From positions 448,917-512,916 of the forward strand of contig OZ316892.1 of the NCBI GenBank assembly GCA_973895155.1: DNA of 64,000 bases, read 5' to 3'. Position numbers and translations under genes: made by a program. The stretch comes from Marsupella aquatica. Lineage: Eukaryota > Plantae > Marchantiophyta. Positions 11,041-23,428 of this stretch are shown in pieces (within the stretch, counting starts at the first letter, position 1; each line of letters opens with the position of its first letter). The notes beneath the pieces were generated by a model that worked only from the letters and a program-made list of their open reading frames with translations, was not told where the DNA came from and made no database searches.

Positions 11041-14000
11041 CTCATCGATACGGAGGACCCGGCTCTAGCTAAGCAGGGAGCCGATGCTGCTTCTACCAAT
11101 GCAGAGCCTCATGACCGTGAACCAGCCAAACAACTGGCCGAGGCTGAAAACCCGAGACCAAGACATAAGAAACGAGTCTCCTGGGATCCGTCCATCCCGC
11201 AATTGGAGGAAGTAACTCCAATCCCGAGACCAATCCCGGTTCCACCCATGTACGGAGGAGTTTGGTTAGCTGAACTTGATGCGAGCCTGGACCCGAGCTT
11301 GCGGAACCAGGTTGAAGTCATCAGGAAGGAGCACTACCGGAAGTACACCATTGGGATGGATAAATCGTTTAACCTGGGCCACGCTCTGACGGGGGAGGCG
11401 GAAAAATCTATCCAAGCTCTGCTCAAGGAATATGAAGATGTGTTTGCATGGAGCCATCATGATTTAACAGGAGTCTCCCCCAATTTAGGAGAACACACGA
11501 TCGATTTGAATCTGGGGGCCCATGCAGTACGGCAGCGACAACGTCGCATGAACCCAAGGTACTCCATCTTAGTGAAGGAGGAAATTGATCGTCTCCTCGC
11601 CGCAGATATCATCTACCCGATAATGGCCAACGATTGGGTCTCTCCCATCGTCATTGTACCAAAAAAGGGAGGAACGGACGGAAAACCTAAGATCCGGATT
11701 TGTCAGGACTATCGTAGGCTGAACGACGCGACCCGAAAAGACCATTACCCATTACCATTCATGGATATGGTTCTAGATATGGTAGCCCAAAATGAAATTT
11801 ATACATTCCTTGACGGGTATTCGGGTTATAACCAAATCTGGATTCGCCTCTCGGATTAGCTCAAAACAACGTTCACTATGGAATGGGGGATTTTCGCATT
11901 TCGAAGAATGCCGTTCGGACTGTGTAATGCTCCGGCCATGTTTCAGCGACTCATGATGAATATCTTCCATGATTTCCTACGGGAATTTCTGGAGATATTT
12001 ATCGACAACTTTGCCATCTTTGGAACTGTCGCCATGCACCCCGAACACCTAAGACGTACATTGCAACGATGCCGAGAGGTTAACCTCAAACTACATCCCG
12101 CTAAATGCTTTTTCGGGGTAGAGGAGGGAGTGTTACTCGGGCATTGTGTGTCCAAACGGGGTATCGAGGTGGACCAAGAGAAGGTCGTGGCCTAGATGGC
12201 GGTGGTGTTTCCCGTAGATCAAAAAGCGGTATGATCCTTCTTGGGTTGTGTAGGGTATTACCGTCGGTTCATTAAAGACTTTGCTAAAATAGCGTTGCCC
12301 TTGACTGAAATGATGAAAAAGGATGCGATGATCGAGGAGACACCCAGGAGACGGATTGCTTTCGAAGAACTCCGTAAAAGACTCACCACCGCACCTATCA
12401 TGGTCACTCCGGACTGGAATAAGGAGTTCCACGTGTATGTCGATGTGTCAGGGTTCTGTATTGGATCCGTGCTCAGTCAGCTTGATGAGGACGGACGCGA
12501 CCACCCCATCTACTTCGCTAGCCGTCAATTATTCATAGCCAAAAAGAATTATTCCCCCACTGATCGAGAAGCTATGGGAATAATCTACTCGTGTAAAAAG
12601 TTCCGACACTATCTGCTAGGCTACAAGGTCATATTCCACACGGATCATGATAGCCTGAAGTACATGGTCAACAAAGCGGACGTGACGGGATGGATAGCCC
12701 AGTGGGTGCTACTTCTCCAGGAATTTAACTACAAAGTTCGCGTTCGGCCCGAAAAGGCACACCTCAATGCCGACTTCTTTTCAAGGCTGGACGGCGTACC
12801 AGTCGATCAGCCAATTGATGATATTTTTCCGGATGAGGAGTTGTTCCACGTAGGGGCGGGGACGCCAACGTGGTACGGCTCAATAATCACCTTCCTCTTA
12901 ACAGGCCGCATCCCTGACGACATCAATCAGGAAGCCGCCGCTGTGTTTCTACGGAAAGCCGGGCCTTTTCTTCATGGTACAGGGTCACCTACATAAGGAA
13001 GGAATTAATGGGAAGTTACGACGCTACTTAGAGTATAAGGAGACGCTTATCGTGATGCGGGCCTTGCATGAAGAAGAAGCTGGAGGCCATTTCACGGCTA
13101 TCACGATAGCCCAAAAGATTCTGGACTCAGGGTATTGGTGGCCTACGTTGCATCGGGATGTACAACGCTTCATCAAGGGCTGTGACCTGTGTCAGCGGGC
13201 TGGGGCCCCGAGATGAGCCCATCATCACCCTCTCACGTCCGTGCTTCCATTAGCACCATTCGAAAAGTGGGGTATTGATTATATCGGACCATTTACTCCC
13301 GTTACCCGAAGACAAAGATGCAGGTACATCCTGCTAGCTATTGATTACTCCACCAAGTGGGTCGAAGCACAGGCTATGGTGAAGGACGACGCCGCAACCA
13401 GCGCCAGGTTCTTATATGAACAAATTTTCACCCGGTTTGGACCACCCTTAGAGTTGGTAAGCGACCGTGGAACACACTTTCTCAATGACACTATAGCCCA
13501 GCTTACAGAGCGTTACCTAGTCAAGCACCGCAAGACTACCCCGTATCATCCTAAAGCCAACGGGATGACAGAGAGAGCAAATGGTATCATTGGGAAGATC
13601 CTCAACAAAACGGTAGCTGCGCACAAAACGGATTGGGATGATAAGTTGTACGCAACAGTGTACTCGTATAATCTAGCTTACAAAACTACTACGAGTCACA
13701 GCCCGTACTTTCTCGTGTTTGGCCAACATTCGTTGGTGCCCGTTGAGTTTGAAGTACACACTCCACGGGTCAGCATTCGGGATCGCTTACCTAAATCTGA
13801 AATTTGGTCAGACCGAGCTTATCAGATTGAAGCCTTAGAAGAGGCATGGCTACTAGCAGCTCGACACGCCGTAATGAAGCAGGCAACTTCCAAGAAACAG
13901 CACGACAAAGGACTACGGAAGGTTGACGTCGTGACAGGCGATCTAGTCCTTCTGTACGACAGTAGGTACATGCAGTTTCCAGGGAATCTTCATACCCGTT

Positions 14001-14212
14001 GGTTAGGGCCCTTCCTAGTCAATCAGATCTACCCTAACGGATCTTTGGAGCTTGCGACGTACGCCGGCGATTTACTCCCCACGCGAGTCAATTACGATCG
14101 CGTAAAGAAGTACCACCATCAAGACAACAACGCCGAGAGTGATGTTCGCGAGGATGCTTCACAATTAAGCAGGGAGCTATGTGACACCGCCGGTACGGCG
14201 AGTAATGAGTAA
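11041..14212 (+). pseudogene. pol: Family A pol (RT-RNase H-integrase), multiple stops and a frameshift
   Basis: RICQDYRRLN, LDGYSGYNQI, MPFGLCNAP, FIDN (catalytic DD mutated), DVSGFCIG/FHTDH, GHF..CDLC, WGIDYIG..SDRG..TERAN, WLGPF; stops at 11857, 12193, 12232, 13214; frameshift near 12970. Confidence 0.92.
14167..14179 (+). other. Polypurine tract region of element A
   Basis: AAGCAGGGAGCTA immediately before the TG of the 3' LTR. Confidence 0.7.
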
Positions 14213-17200
14213 TTCGGTCTAAACCGTGCTTAGCACGCGCGTTAGGGGTATCTTAGGTCGCTATGATTAGCATAACGACAGTATTTTGGTAGCCATTATG
14301 AGTAGGAAATCATTAGTCAATAAGGAGAATTCATGTTTGGGCTGGCGGCGCGTCGCCATTTGCACGCCCGGGTTACGACCGTGGAGGGGCCCCTCCCTCG
14401 GGTCCGTATAACGAACTTTGGGAGGCGTCCACTGACACGCGGTGACTCAGACCGGCGAAGTGGCCGACACACTACAAGTGTGAACGGTTCAGCCTATAGG
14501 CAACGAGGAGATGTCGGGGGATCGACAAGCCCTCAAGGTATAAAAAGGGAGCCGACCCTTTGTAGTGCACCAGTCCATCAGTCCATGCGCCAGTTTCGAC
14601 CCCAGCTCTGTTGTTCGCTCTTAGTCGCCACTACTATCTCCTTTGAATGTCGCACACGATCCTCTCCAGTTCGGCCATTCGATTTTGGACGTAGTTCCTA
14701 TCTACCGGAAGACACTTGGCCGACTCATTGAAACACGCCAACCCGCGCCGATACAAAATCAAACGCGAGTACGAGAGAGCCATCCGCCTAGCAGGACGAC
14801 ACCATTACATCCTTAACTTTGACTACCCGTCTGAGAGCGAGCTTTACCGACCAGTAGAGGTATCTGGGTACTTCTTCAACGAAGACAAATATATCGGTTT
14901 CTGGGAAGCATTGCTTCGGCTTCCGGACGAGATCTTCAATATCCCAGGTACGATTGACTTGCAACGACATCACTTCGACCACATCCCTGCTCAGGTTCGG
15001 GCTATCATCAACAACAAGTCCAGCACTACCCATTCGACAAGGTCGTTTGCACTTGCTTCGGAGAACTTCTACCAGCACCTGCAGAGCTTCATGGGAACTA
15101 GACCCGCAACCGCCGGCGCCGACCCAGTCGACCCCATACCCGTACCCGCACCAACGCAGACTCAGACTCAGGCTCAGGCTCAGCTTCAGTCTCAGTCTCA
15201 GTCTCAGTCTAGCCAACCCCCACCGCCGATCGCCCCGCCAGTAGTACAAGTACGCTCTGTCATCAATGCTGTGGACCTTAGTAATGACCACGAGGCTACC
15301 CCACCCTTGCTCAGGCGGCCCAGAGGAGCAAACACTCAGGGGGCCGACACTACATCGTCCCCTCCCCATGCTCGGACCCAAGGAGCGGCTCCAGCAGACA
15401 ACACCGTGACCGTGGCGGCCCCGAGCCCAATACTAACGGCGGTAGCACTACGTATGCCCGATGGAGAGGATGGGGAGGTGTCCCCTCCCCGAGCCAGTCA
15501 CGGGGGAAGAAGAGGAAGGAACCCACCACTGCATCCGGGTTACCATTGGCCACGGTAGCCATGGCCAAGGTGACAATGCACCGCATGGGGGAAAACGTGC
15601 ATAAGAACATCCTCCATCCCAAGCATGCGGTGTACCTGAAGACTCAGGGATTTGAGCACCTCGCCTCTCTCCCTTGGAACACTTGCAGGTACTACGGGGA
15701 GGACATGATAGAATTCGTCAAGAATTATGATGACGCACGTCAGCATACTCGGCTGCGGGGAAGGAATATGTCCCTCACGGAAGAACGGCTCAAGATGATC
15801 TTTGGATTACCCAAAGGTGACCATCGAGTTGAATCACGGGCTCCCGGGGGCAAGGGAGCCAAGTACCAATCCTCGAGTTTTCCCTCAGAGGGAGCAGTGG
15901 ACAACGGGTTTGTGATGAGGACCTGCCTCATCCCCGAGATAGCTGAGCGACTGGAGTTCCAAAGGTACGTCCTCCACATGATGGAACCCCGGGGGGAGAT
16001 CTCCGCCGCCCAGGTTATCCAGGTCGAGAACTATCGACCTAGGAAGTGGGCGTCGTACTTTGCTAAGAAATTCCATGAAGAGATGGAGCGGCGAAGGAAG
16101 ACGCTGTACATTGGCGGGAAGGCGTATTTCGCTAGCCACATCGAGATTATTCTTGAGTGGTATGCTCGGTTTGATCGACGAACCCTTCCCCGTGTCAACG
16201 TTACAAAGCTGGTCCCAGCTAGGTGGGTTTTTCCGGCCTTGGAGAGACGGCCCCAACCCGAGGCTCAAAGTCCAGCGGACACGCAAGCTTCACCCACCCC
16301 ACCTCCACAAGTAGCTGTAGTCGTAACCGAGGAGGTATCGGTTATTGCAACCGTAGATGCGATCCAACAGGCTCGGCTAAGTACAAAAGTCGGCACAACG
16401 GAGGTCTTACTAGAGCCCGGGTCTTCCAAAGACCCACCGGTGGCTATTCCGGAGAACCGGACATTGCTGCAGGAGGACACTCTAGCCCCTTCCAACATTA
16501 CGTCCCCAGGGCTGGATGTCATTGCCCCGGCCCCCGCGCATGTTGACGTCTGCCCGTGCCCAACTCCGGACAGGCACAACCTGGACCACCCGGAACTCTT
16601 CGTACCAGGTACATTTCTGAACGGGCTTCTGGGAGATTTCTCTCATCAAATTTCCCGGGATACCGGGGAGTTCATGGCCCGGAAGGTAGCTTGTTTCTTC
16701 AATTAGGAGTTAGTTGCCGCAGTAAAGGCAGGTCGGGCCCAGTCAGAGGCCCTTTAGAGGATAGAGCGGTACTGGGTGGAGTCCGTATACTTAAAGAACG
16801 AAGTTGCAGTTCAAGAGGCTGAGCTTCTACAACTACGACCCAAGGTTGCAGCCGCCAAAGAGTTGTTAGCAGAGGAGCACGCCCTTACCGCCCTAGCCGA
16901 GCAGGCCAAAGCTGGGAACGAGGCCGAGATTGCGCGACTTCGGAACCAGATTGACAGTTTGAAGAATCAAACTGTCATCTGGCAGAAAGACCTGGAGGAG
17001 GCCAAAGAACGGGCCCAGCGGGACACTGCGGAGATAGCCATGCTACAGGCCAAAGTGGCGCGACTCCAAACCGAGGCCGAGAAGCAGGACCAGCTGGCGG
17101 GCAAGCTGACGAGCGATGCCCAGCAGCTGGAGGAGGCATGCCAGGAGGCAGCGGAGGAGACAGACGCGGCAAAGTAAGAGAACAAATCTCTGGTGGACCA

Positions 17201-17620
17201 GGTCCAGCTCCTCAAGGCGGACAACGATAGACTTCGTAAGCAGCGGGATGGCCGCTCCCACTCGGGCCGCTCTGGCAAGCGTGCCAGGCATTAGCGGTGG
17301 AGTAGGAATAGAATAGGGTTAGGAATAGCTAAGCAGGCTACTGGGACAGGCACCTGCCGTAGTTACAGCAGCACTGCCATGCTGTCCAGCCTGCGTAGAT
17401 TAGGATCTTCTAATAAGACACAGCCGTTTTTCAGCCTGACAGTCAGATTAGTTTGGACCTAAGTCCGCAAATCTTCGGGCGGGAGGACACTCCGTTCCTT
17501 GGCCCTTAGTATTTAGTGCACCCCTCGGTAGAGGCAGGGGGGTTTTTAGTCTCAGAGTTGGACATCCGTGGTATGTGCGGGGAGTCCCGACCTTTGGGAG
17601 CCAAGGCTGATGACGTGACA
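14180..17620 (+). repeat. Family A 3' LTR (3441 bp; lacks ~570 bp corresponding to ~7512-8081 of the 5' LTR)
   Basis: TGTGACACC...GATGACGTGACA followed by TSD AGGGC; 7 differences from the 5' LTR in the first 119 bp, 6 of them transitions. Confidence 0.95.
14647..17294 (+). pseudogene. Family A LTR-encoded protein, 3' LTR copy
   Basis: Fragments 14716-15558, 15546-16706, 16776-17177; GFEHLASLPW..MIEFVKNYD..TRLRGRNMSLTEERLKMIFGLP then heptad-rich C-terminus. Confidence 0.8.
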
Positions 17621-17625
17621 AGGGC

Positions 17626-19880
17626 ACCAGAGGAGGTTCCGAAATAGAGGCCGGCAACAGAGAAACCAAACCAGCCCAACAGTCCTACAATCGAGCAGGT
17701 GTTTAGGCCGAGGACGGAGGACTTGCCGATGCAACAACCAGGCATGCAGAATCTGCTGAAATTGCTAGAGAAGGAAAAGAGAATGGCAACGGCAATGGCA
17801 CAGGTAGAGGACACTCCTTCAAAGGTCGGCCTAAGCCGACTCATGAAGGAAAACCCCTTAAGTTTACCGGAGCCAAGGAAAGAGGGAGGCCAGAACACAA
17901 GCCGGGGGTTCAAATGTATGTAGGAGCCTCGAGTCCTGTAGCCGAGGGAAGGCAGCCTAAGGCTCATGTTCAGGGGAAACAGATGGAGAAGACAGCCTGG
18001 AAGCCAGAGGAGGAACTAGGACCTACTAGCTATGATCGGCAGGATGCCATGTTCACGGCAAGACCAGGGGAGCAGCGGGGGGAGCCGGTAGTCCAAGCAG
18101 TGGAGGAGGCGGTGGAGGACTACGGCAATGATGACTCCGGCTACGGGTCGGACCATCATGTCCCAGGAATAAGGACCTGTGGCCGTTTCATCCCCATGCT
18201 TCCAAGAGTAGTTTGAGGGGACCCCACCCAGCAGAACAGCCCTGAGTCCCCCCCACCAAATGTCGCTCCCCCGAGCTTTGACGACATAAAACAGACGACA
18301 CAAGAGTTTCAGGAGCGACTCAGGGAGGAAGAGAGGGCAGCCCTGGCTAGGGAGAAAGATTTACCAGGGGGAGAATGGCCAGAGGACATCAGGCGGCTTG
18401 CAGAAAAACAAAGCAGCCCTCCAGCCACGATAGAAGAAATCCGCAAGGCGGCTTGGGAACAAAGGCCACGGTGGTTGATGCCGATGACTTCTACTCACTC
18501 CACCTATGCTAAAGAAAGAGCCATGGAGTACGGGGAGATGTGTGGGCAACTTGCGCTCGGCATCTTTGGGGAGGAGTTGGAGCAGGGACCTTTTTTCCAG
18601 AGGGAGATGTTGGAAAAACACCGATTAGAAGAAGTGGTGGCTTTGGAGAGAAGAAAGAAAGACGAGGTCATCCGTCGACTTAGGGCAAGGGAAGCCAAGG
18701 TGGAAGACCTGAAGGCGGCCAAGAAAGACCAAGATGAGTTGCGGATTAAGCAGCATGAGCTAAACATCTTGCAGGGGCAATTGGATATCGCTCAGTCTGA
18801 TAATCAGATTATCAAGGATAAACTGACTCGGACCCAGGGGAGTTGGCCATTGCGGTCAAGGAAAGGGAGAAGTGGAAGCGGGAGCTGAGGGACGTAGAGG
18901 AGGCCCACATAGCAGCCAACAATCAGGCCATGGCAGAGACTCAGAGAAGGGAAAGGGCATTGAAGGGGGAACTCGAGGATATCCGTGGAGCCCTTGAGCA
19001 GAAGGAGGCCGAGTTAGGGAAATCCTATCAAAGGATTATTGTGCTGCAGCAGGAGCTTGCATCCCTAACGGCCAGGTTCAAGGCCGACCTGAGTGAGAAA
19101 GACGACCAGCTCGATCAGACTTATGCCAAGATGAATAAAATGGAGTTTGAGGTTGTAGCGGAGCTCAACAAGGAGCTAAGAGCAACCCAGGATGAGAGGG
19201 CTACCTTAAAGAAGGAATTGGAGGAAGCCCAAAAGGAGCTGGAGGAGGCGCGCAAGGACCTGGACAAAGTGCAGGAGGAGTTGGAGGAAAGCACGAGGAA
19301 GATGGAGAACTTACAACGGCGAGCCGACAACCAAACGGAGCAGCTAAAGAAACAAGTCGCAGTATTTAAGTGTTTGGCTTCATCAAGCCCAATTGGGGCA
19401 ACCAAGTTGCCAGGAGTAGTACTGGCCAAAGGACAAGCCGCGACACTCGCACCGGTGCTGGAGATAAGTGGCAAGGGGAAGGGACCAACTGCCGAAACAG
19501 GGAAGAAGAAGCGGAAACCTTCTGGGTCAAGGAGTAATGCGGCTTCTCAAGCCGTCATGACAAAGGAGGTACAACCGGCGCCAACCTCAGGCAGGATCAC
19601 GGTAGATCCACCCCTAGAAGGTGGGGATGGTAAGGCCGAGGCCGGAACAATCAGTGATGAAGCTGGGGTATCGGATCCTCCACTAGAGCATGTCGGGGAG
19701 GCCGTAGCCGTATTAGAGGCCATGGCCGATGCTGAGACCAAAGCCAAGGGTGGACCCAGTCAGGCCGATGGAGAGTTGACTCGGTCTGGGGCAGGTAATC
19801 TGTCAGAGGACGGACCTACGGTAGTGGCTACGGAAGAAGCGTTGGGGGCGTCCATTGAGGATCAGCCACCACTACCATGA
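17626..19880 (+). pseudogene. LTR-encoded protein of B', C-terminal part (coiled coil and acidic/Ala-rich tail)
   Basis: ORF fragments 17699-17923, 17914-18216, 18475-18888, 18843-19880 continue the family-B LTR protein, with stops and frameshifts. Confidence 0.85.
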
Positions 19881-22800
19881 CGGTGGTGGAGGGCCGCTCC
19901 TTTTAAGGAGGGCGAACGTGGAGGGAGGAGGCGTGAGTGGGCAGGGTGGGCTTAGATCTCCAAGTTTAGAATTAGGATCAGGACCAGGAGGCGGCCCTAA
20001 CACTTAGATTAGTGGGATTGCGGATCCACTGGTAAGAGCAACACTTGTGCTCCTGCCTCGCTGTACATAGGTAGATTACAGTTAGGTATATTAGTCTTAT
20101 GCTGCAAAGAATTAGGCGGATCCACTGCCAGGATAAGTACCTGGGATGCGGGGAGTTCAGGGCCTTCTTCTTTAGCAAGTTTTTAGTGCACCAACAGGGC
20201 TGGGATCAGGTAGTAAAAGAAGCTCTCGTTAGTTATACTGTGACCCTTGTGTATGTTCACGTTTCCTCATGCCTAAGAGATGAATAGAGTTGGCCTCACG
20301 GCTTAGTTCGCAGATCTTGTGTATGAGAAGTATTGTTTGTATGGCAAGTGCATGGTATAACTCAATCAGAAGGAGTCATTTTTGCTATTTGTGTGTTGCA
20401 TTAACTTGTTTGAAGATTGCCCACATCAACCAAGAGAAGGGAGTAAGCAAGGTAGTAAGAGTTGGATGTGTCGAGCTGAGAGAGGTCTTAGCGGCTTACC
20501 CAAGCCAGTTGGGGATCATTTTGGCGGCGGAATCCAAACATACCAAGAGAAAAGACCAAGAGAGGAGACCAAGGGAAGACATAGAAGAGGCCGGCTACGT
20601 ATCTCATGACCCGATGAAGGATCTGTCCAGTATATGTGTGTAAAATGTTAGTAGAAGCAGGTTAGCAGCGTCACATGCCACTAAGCCACGAAACCGGCCT
20701 CGCCAAGGGCAAAACCTGCGGGAATCGGCTTGTGCAAGGGGGTTTCTTGGGTTTAGGGAGCCATGGGACGCACCACAATAGCCAAGCCGCGTTCAGTTTC
20801 CCATGGGAGCTTGCGTTGGGGAGGCAAGGCGGAGTAGGCGGAGGTTGAGTTCCAACTACACTTGGCCCCTAGACTCTCATTTGAATGTAACCTAGAGTTG
20901 GTTGCTAGAGTGGGGGCCATTCTGGTCCCAGCGTTTTAGGACAAACTTAGGGACAAGCTAGCTAATTGAGCCATGAGCATGTCCTAGAGGCAGGGCGGTT
21001 AGCCAGTGACAAATAGGAAATGAGGAAGCTGGGGTGGCATCCGTAGACCCAGGGTCCTCACTTCTTTTCTTCTGATCCATCACACGCGAATAAGTATAGG
21101 GTTTTTTATTGGGTTTAGTGAAATACTTTTAAATTTTTGTTGAAGAACATTAGGGTTATTTTAATCTAATTTTGAGGATTATAAGAATCATGGGGTTTTT
21201 TAAATCAAATATGGGAATATTCTTGGAATATTCCATTAAGTTAGGGGTAAAACAATTCCTAAAAAAACTTTATTGACTTAACTTTTAGGGTGTTTATTCC
21301 CCCAAAACTTCGAGCGTGATATGGGACACCCCTTGGATTGAGGCCCCCGAGTCCGTAGAGGGGTTGATCTAGACAAACACTGGGTATCGGCTCTGGCTTT
21401 GGCTTATGGCAAGGCCATGCGGGCCTGAGAGGTTCTATTCATTGACCTACTTACAAGGTCTGTTGAGCTTGATTTGAGATACTAGTCTTGGAGTTCTTGG
21501 ATCCAGATGGGTTACTTAAATTATACCAAAGTGTTTGGTTGCTTGTGCAGACAATGAGGACCATTGAGCAACGGTTGGGTTAAGGTATAGGCAGCACAAC
21601 CAAAAACTTGAAGTCTAGAATAATCAATAGGTCTCTTATACCACAACTCAAATGGAGTTTGCATCAACTTACTAGTGGTAGACCTTGCCACCTAGCGCCC
21701 TCACCAATCCCAGCACCCACGCCTAAGGGCCCTGATGCCCAAACACATCTGTAAGTAGTGGGTAATTCCAAAAGCATGAAGAAACTGGAAATTTTCAATT
21801 TTTTTACGGTGTTTAGACTGCAATTATTGCTAACTGTAACTAAAACAACATTCGAAGTTACTAAGTTACTATGTATCCTGAAAGGCAATTGAGATGCCTA
21901 CCCTACTCTCGAGGATCCCCACGCCAGGCTGAACTGATGGAAGTTACACAGAATCGAACTGTTACAACAGTGGAGCTACTCGAACCAGAAGACATCCAAC
22001 AGCAAGCTTGAAGAAGTCTTTAAGTGTTTTTAGTTAAGTTTAGGAGTAATGCATCTTATCTGATTTTTATAAATGTGTTCTAAGGCTTTCGAAGCTCTCA
22101 TACTTCCTCAGTATATAGTCTGTACTTAGGAAAACCTGCTGGAAAAATCTTAGAGTTTTCCAACTTATAGTTAGGAAGTTAAAAATAGTTGAATTCCCTA
22201 AGTCTTTAACAATATCGCATTACGAGTTACTAGTTTCCGATTACGAGTTCCGATAGACAGTCGATTACGAGTTAATAGTTTACTAGTTACGAGTTCATAC
22301 TTAGCCATTTTTCCGGCTTTTCACTTACTGAATCGCCATTTTAACTTTTTGAGGGGTATGAAGAGGCATGTCTCTTCGACCCTGTAACCTCTCACTCTGT
22401 AGATTTTGGCTATAAGATAGCTTTGCCACTAGTGTAGTTTATGGTTAAGTTATGCATTTTTGCCTTTTCCTTGTGTTAAACTAGTTGATCATGAATCTAT
22501 GAGTTCGAGATCAGGTTTAACATTTGGAGAGACTTACCTCCTTCTTGTGTTTTTACCTATGATTATAAACACAGGAAGTAAAATTCCTTTTGTGCAAATC
22601 TTTTGAGTTGTAATGATAGATTCCTTGTTGGTGACTCATTGCAATCTCTTGAGTTCTTGAAGTTAACTCATTGATTTTAAGTCTTATTGAAATTGATGGA
22701 TTTTCTTTCATGTTGCTTAGTACCATCTAAATGTTGAAGTAGCTACCTTTTAGATCTTATCTGAGTACCACTTAGAAAGAAAGGATAAGACATGTTGACG

Positions 22801-23428
22801 GCATTTTAAAAGGTACTCTAGTAAGCAGTTTAGATCTGAAAAGCAATATGGATTTGTATCCTTAAGTCTTTTCATTTTGACTTATGTCTAAGGAGTAACC
22901 TTGGAAAATTCCAGACTCCCTTAGCATACTTTAAGATATACTTTCCTATGTTTTGTTAATCATTCCCTTTTCATTAATTTATGGTTACATGATGCTGAAT
23001 TGTCATTGAAAACCACTCACCGCTGTGGAGCGATCTTCAAAATACTTTATTAAAGTAATCAATTCTGATTACTATGTGTTAAAGAGAGTTCTTAAACTCT
23101 CATTTGTGTTTTTATGTATCAAATCAACCCCATATTGTTCTTTACGGGAATGAATACCGAGTTTGAAGACCTTTCAATGTGTTTTTGGTTCTTCATAGCA
23201 AACTACAACCTCCACAGAACCCCTCGAGCAAGCAACTTGGTGTCCTCAACACCACCTACTACCCCTCCCATACAAAGTCACACTTGCTCTCTAGCACGAC
23301 CATTGCTCAACGGTCCTTGTGATGCCTAGACAGGAATCACTCGACCGGTTAAGTGGGTAAAGCAGGAAGGCACCATAGGAACACCTTAGTATAGTGACAA
23401 AACAAGGAAAATATAAACAATTAGGGGC

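Larger units (their letters stand above)
4082..17620 (+). mobile_element. Complete, decayed Ty3/gypsy LTR retrotransposon, family A (non-chromovirus type: PR-RT-RH-INT, no chromodomain or extra RNase H seen)
   Basis: TG...CA LTRs at both ends, PBS, PPT, gag-pol remnants; 5-bp TSD AGGGC at 4077-4081 and 17621-17625; removing it restores GCAGG(C/T)AAGGGCACC of the family-B LTR (cf. ~24859-24874). Confidence 0.95.
2959..20777 (+). mobile_element. Diverged family-B LTR (B'; 3' LTR or solo LTR), left part cut off by the CACTA element and split by element A (LTR sequence = 2959-4081 + 17626-20777)
   Basis: Colinear homology with the family-B LTR from ~23750 to its end; ends ...ATGGGACGCACCACA at 20777 and is followed by ATAGC rather than the PBS. 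Confidence 0.9.
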
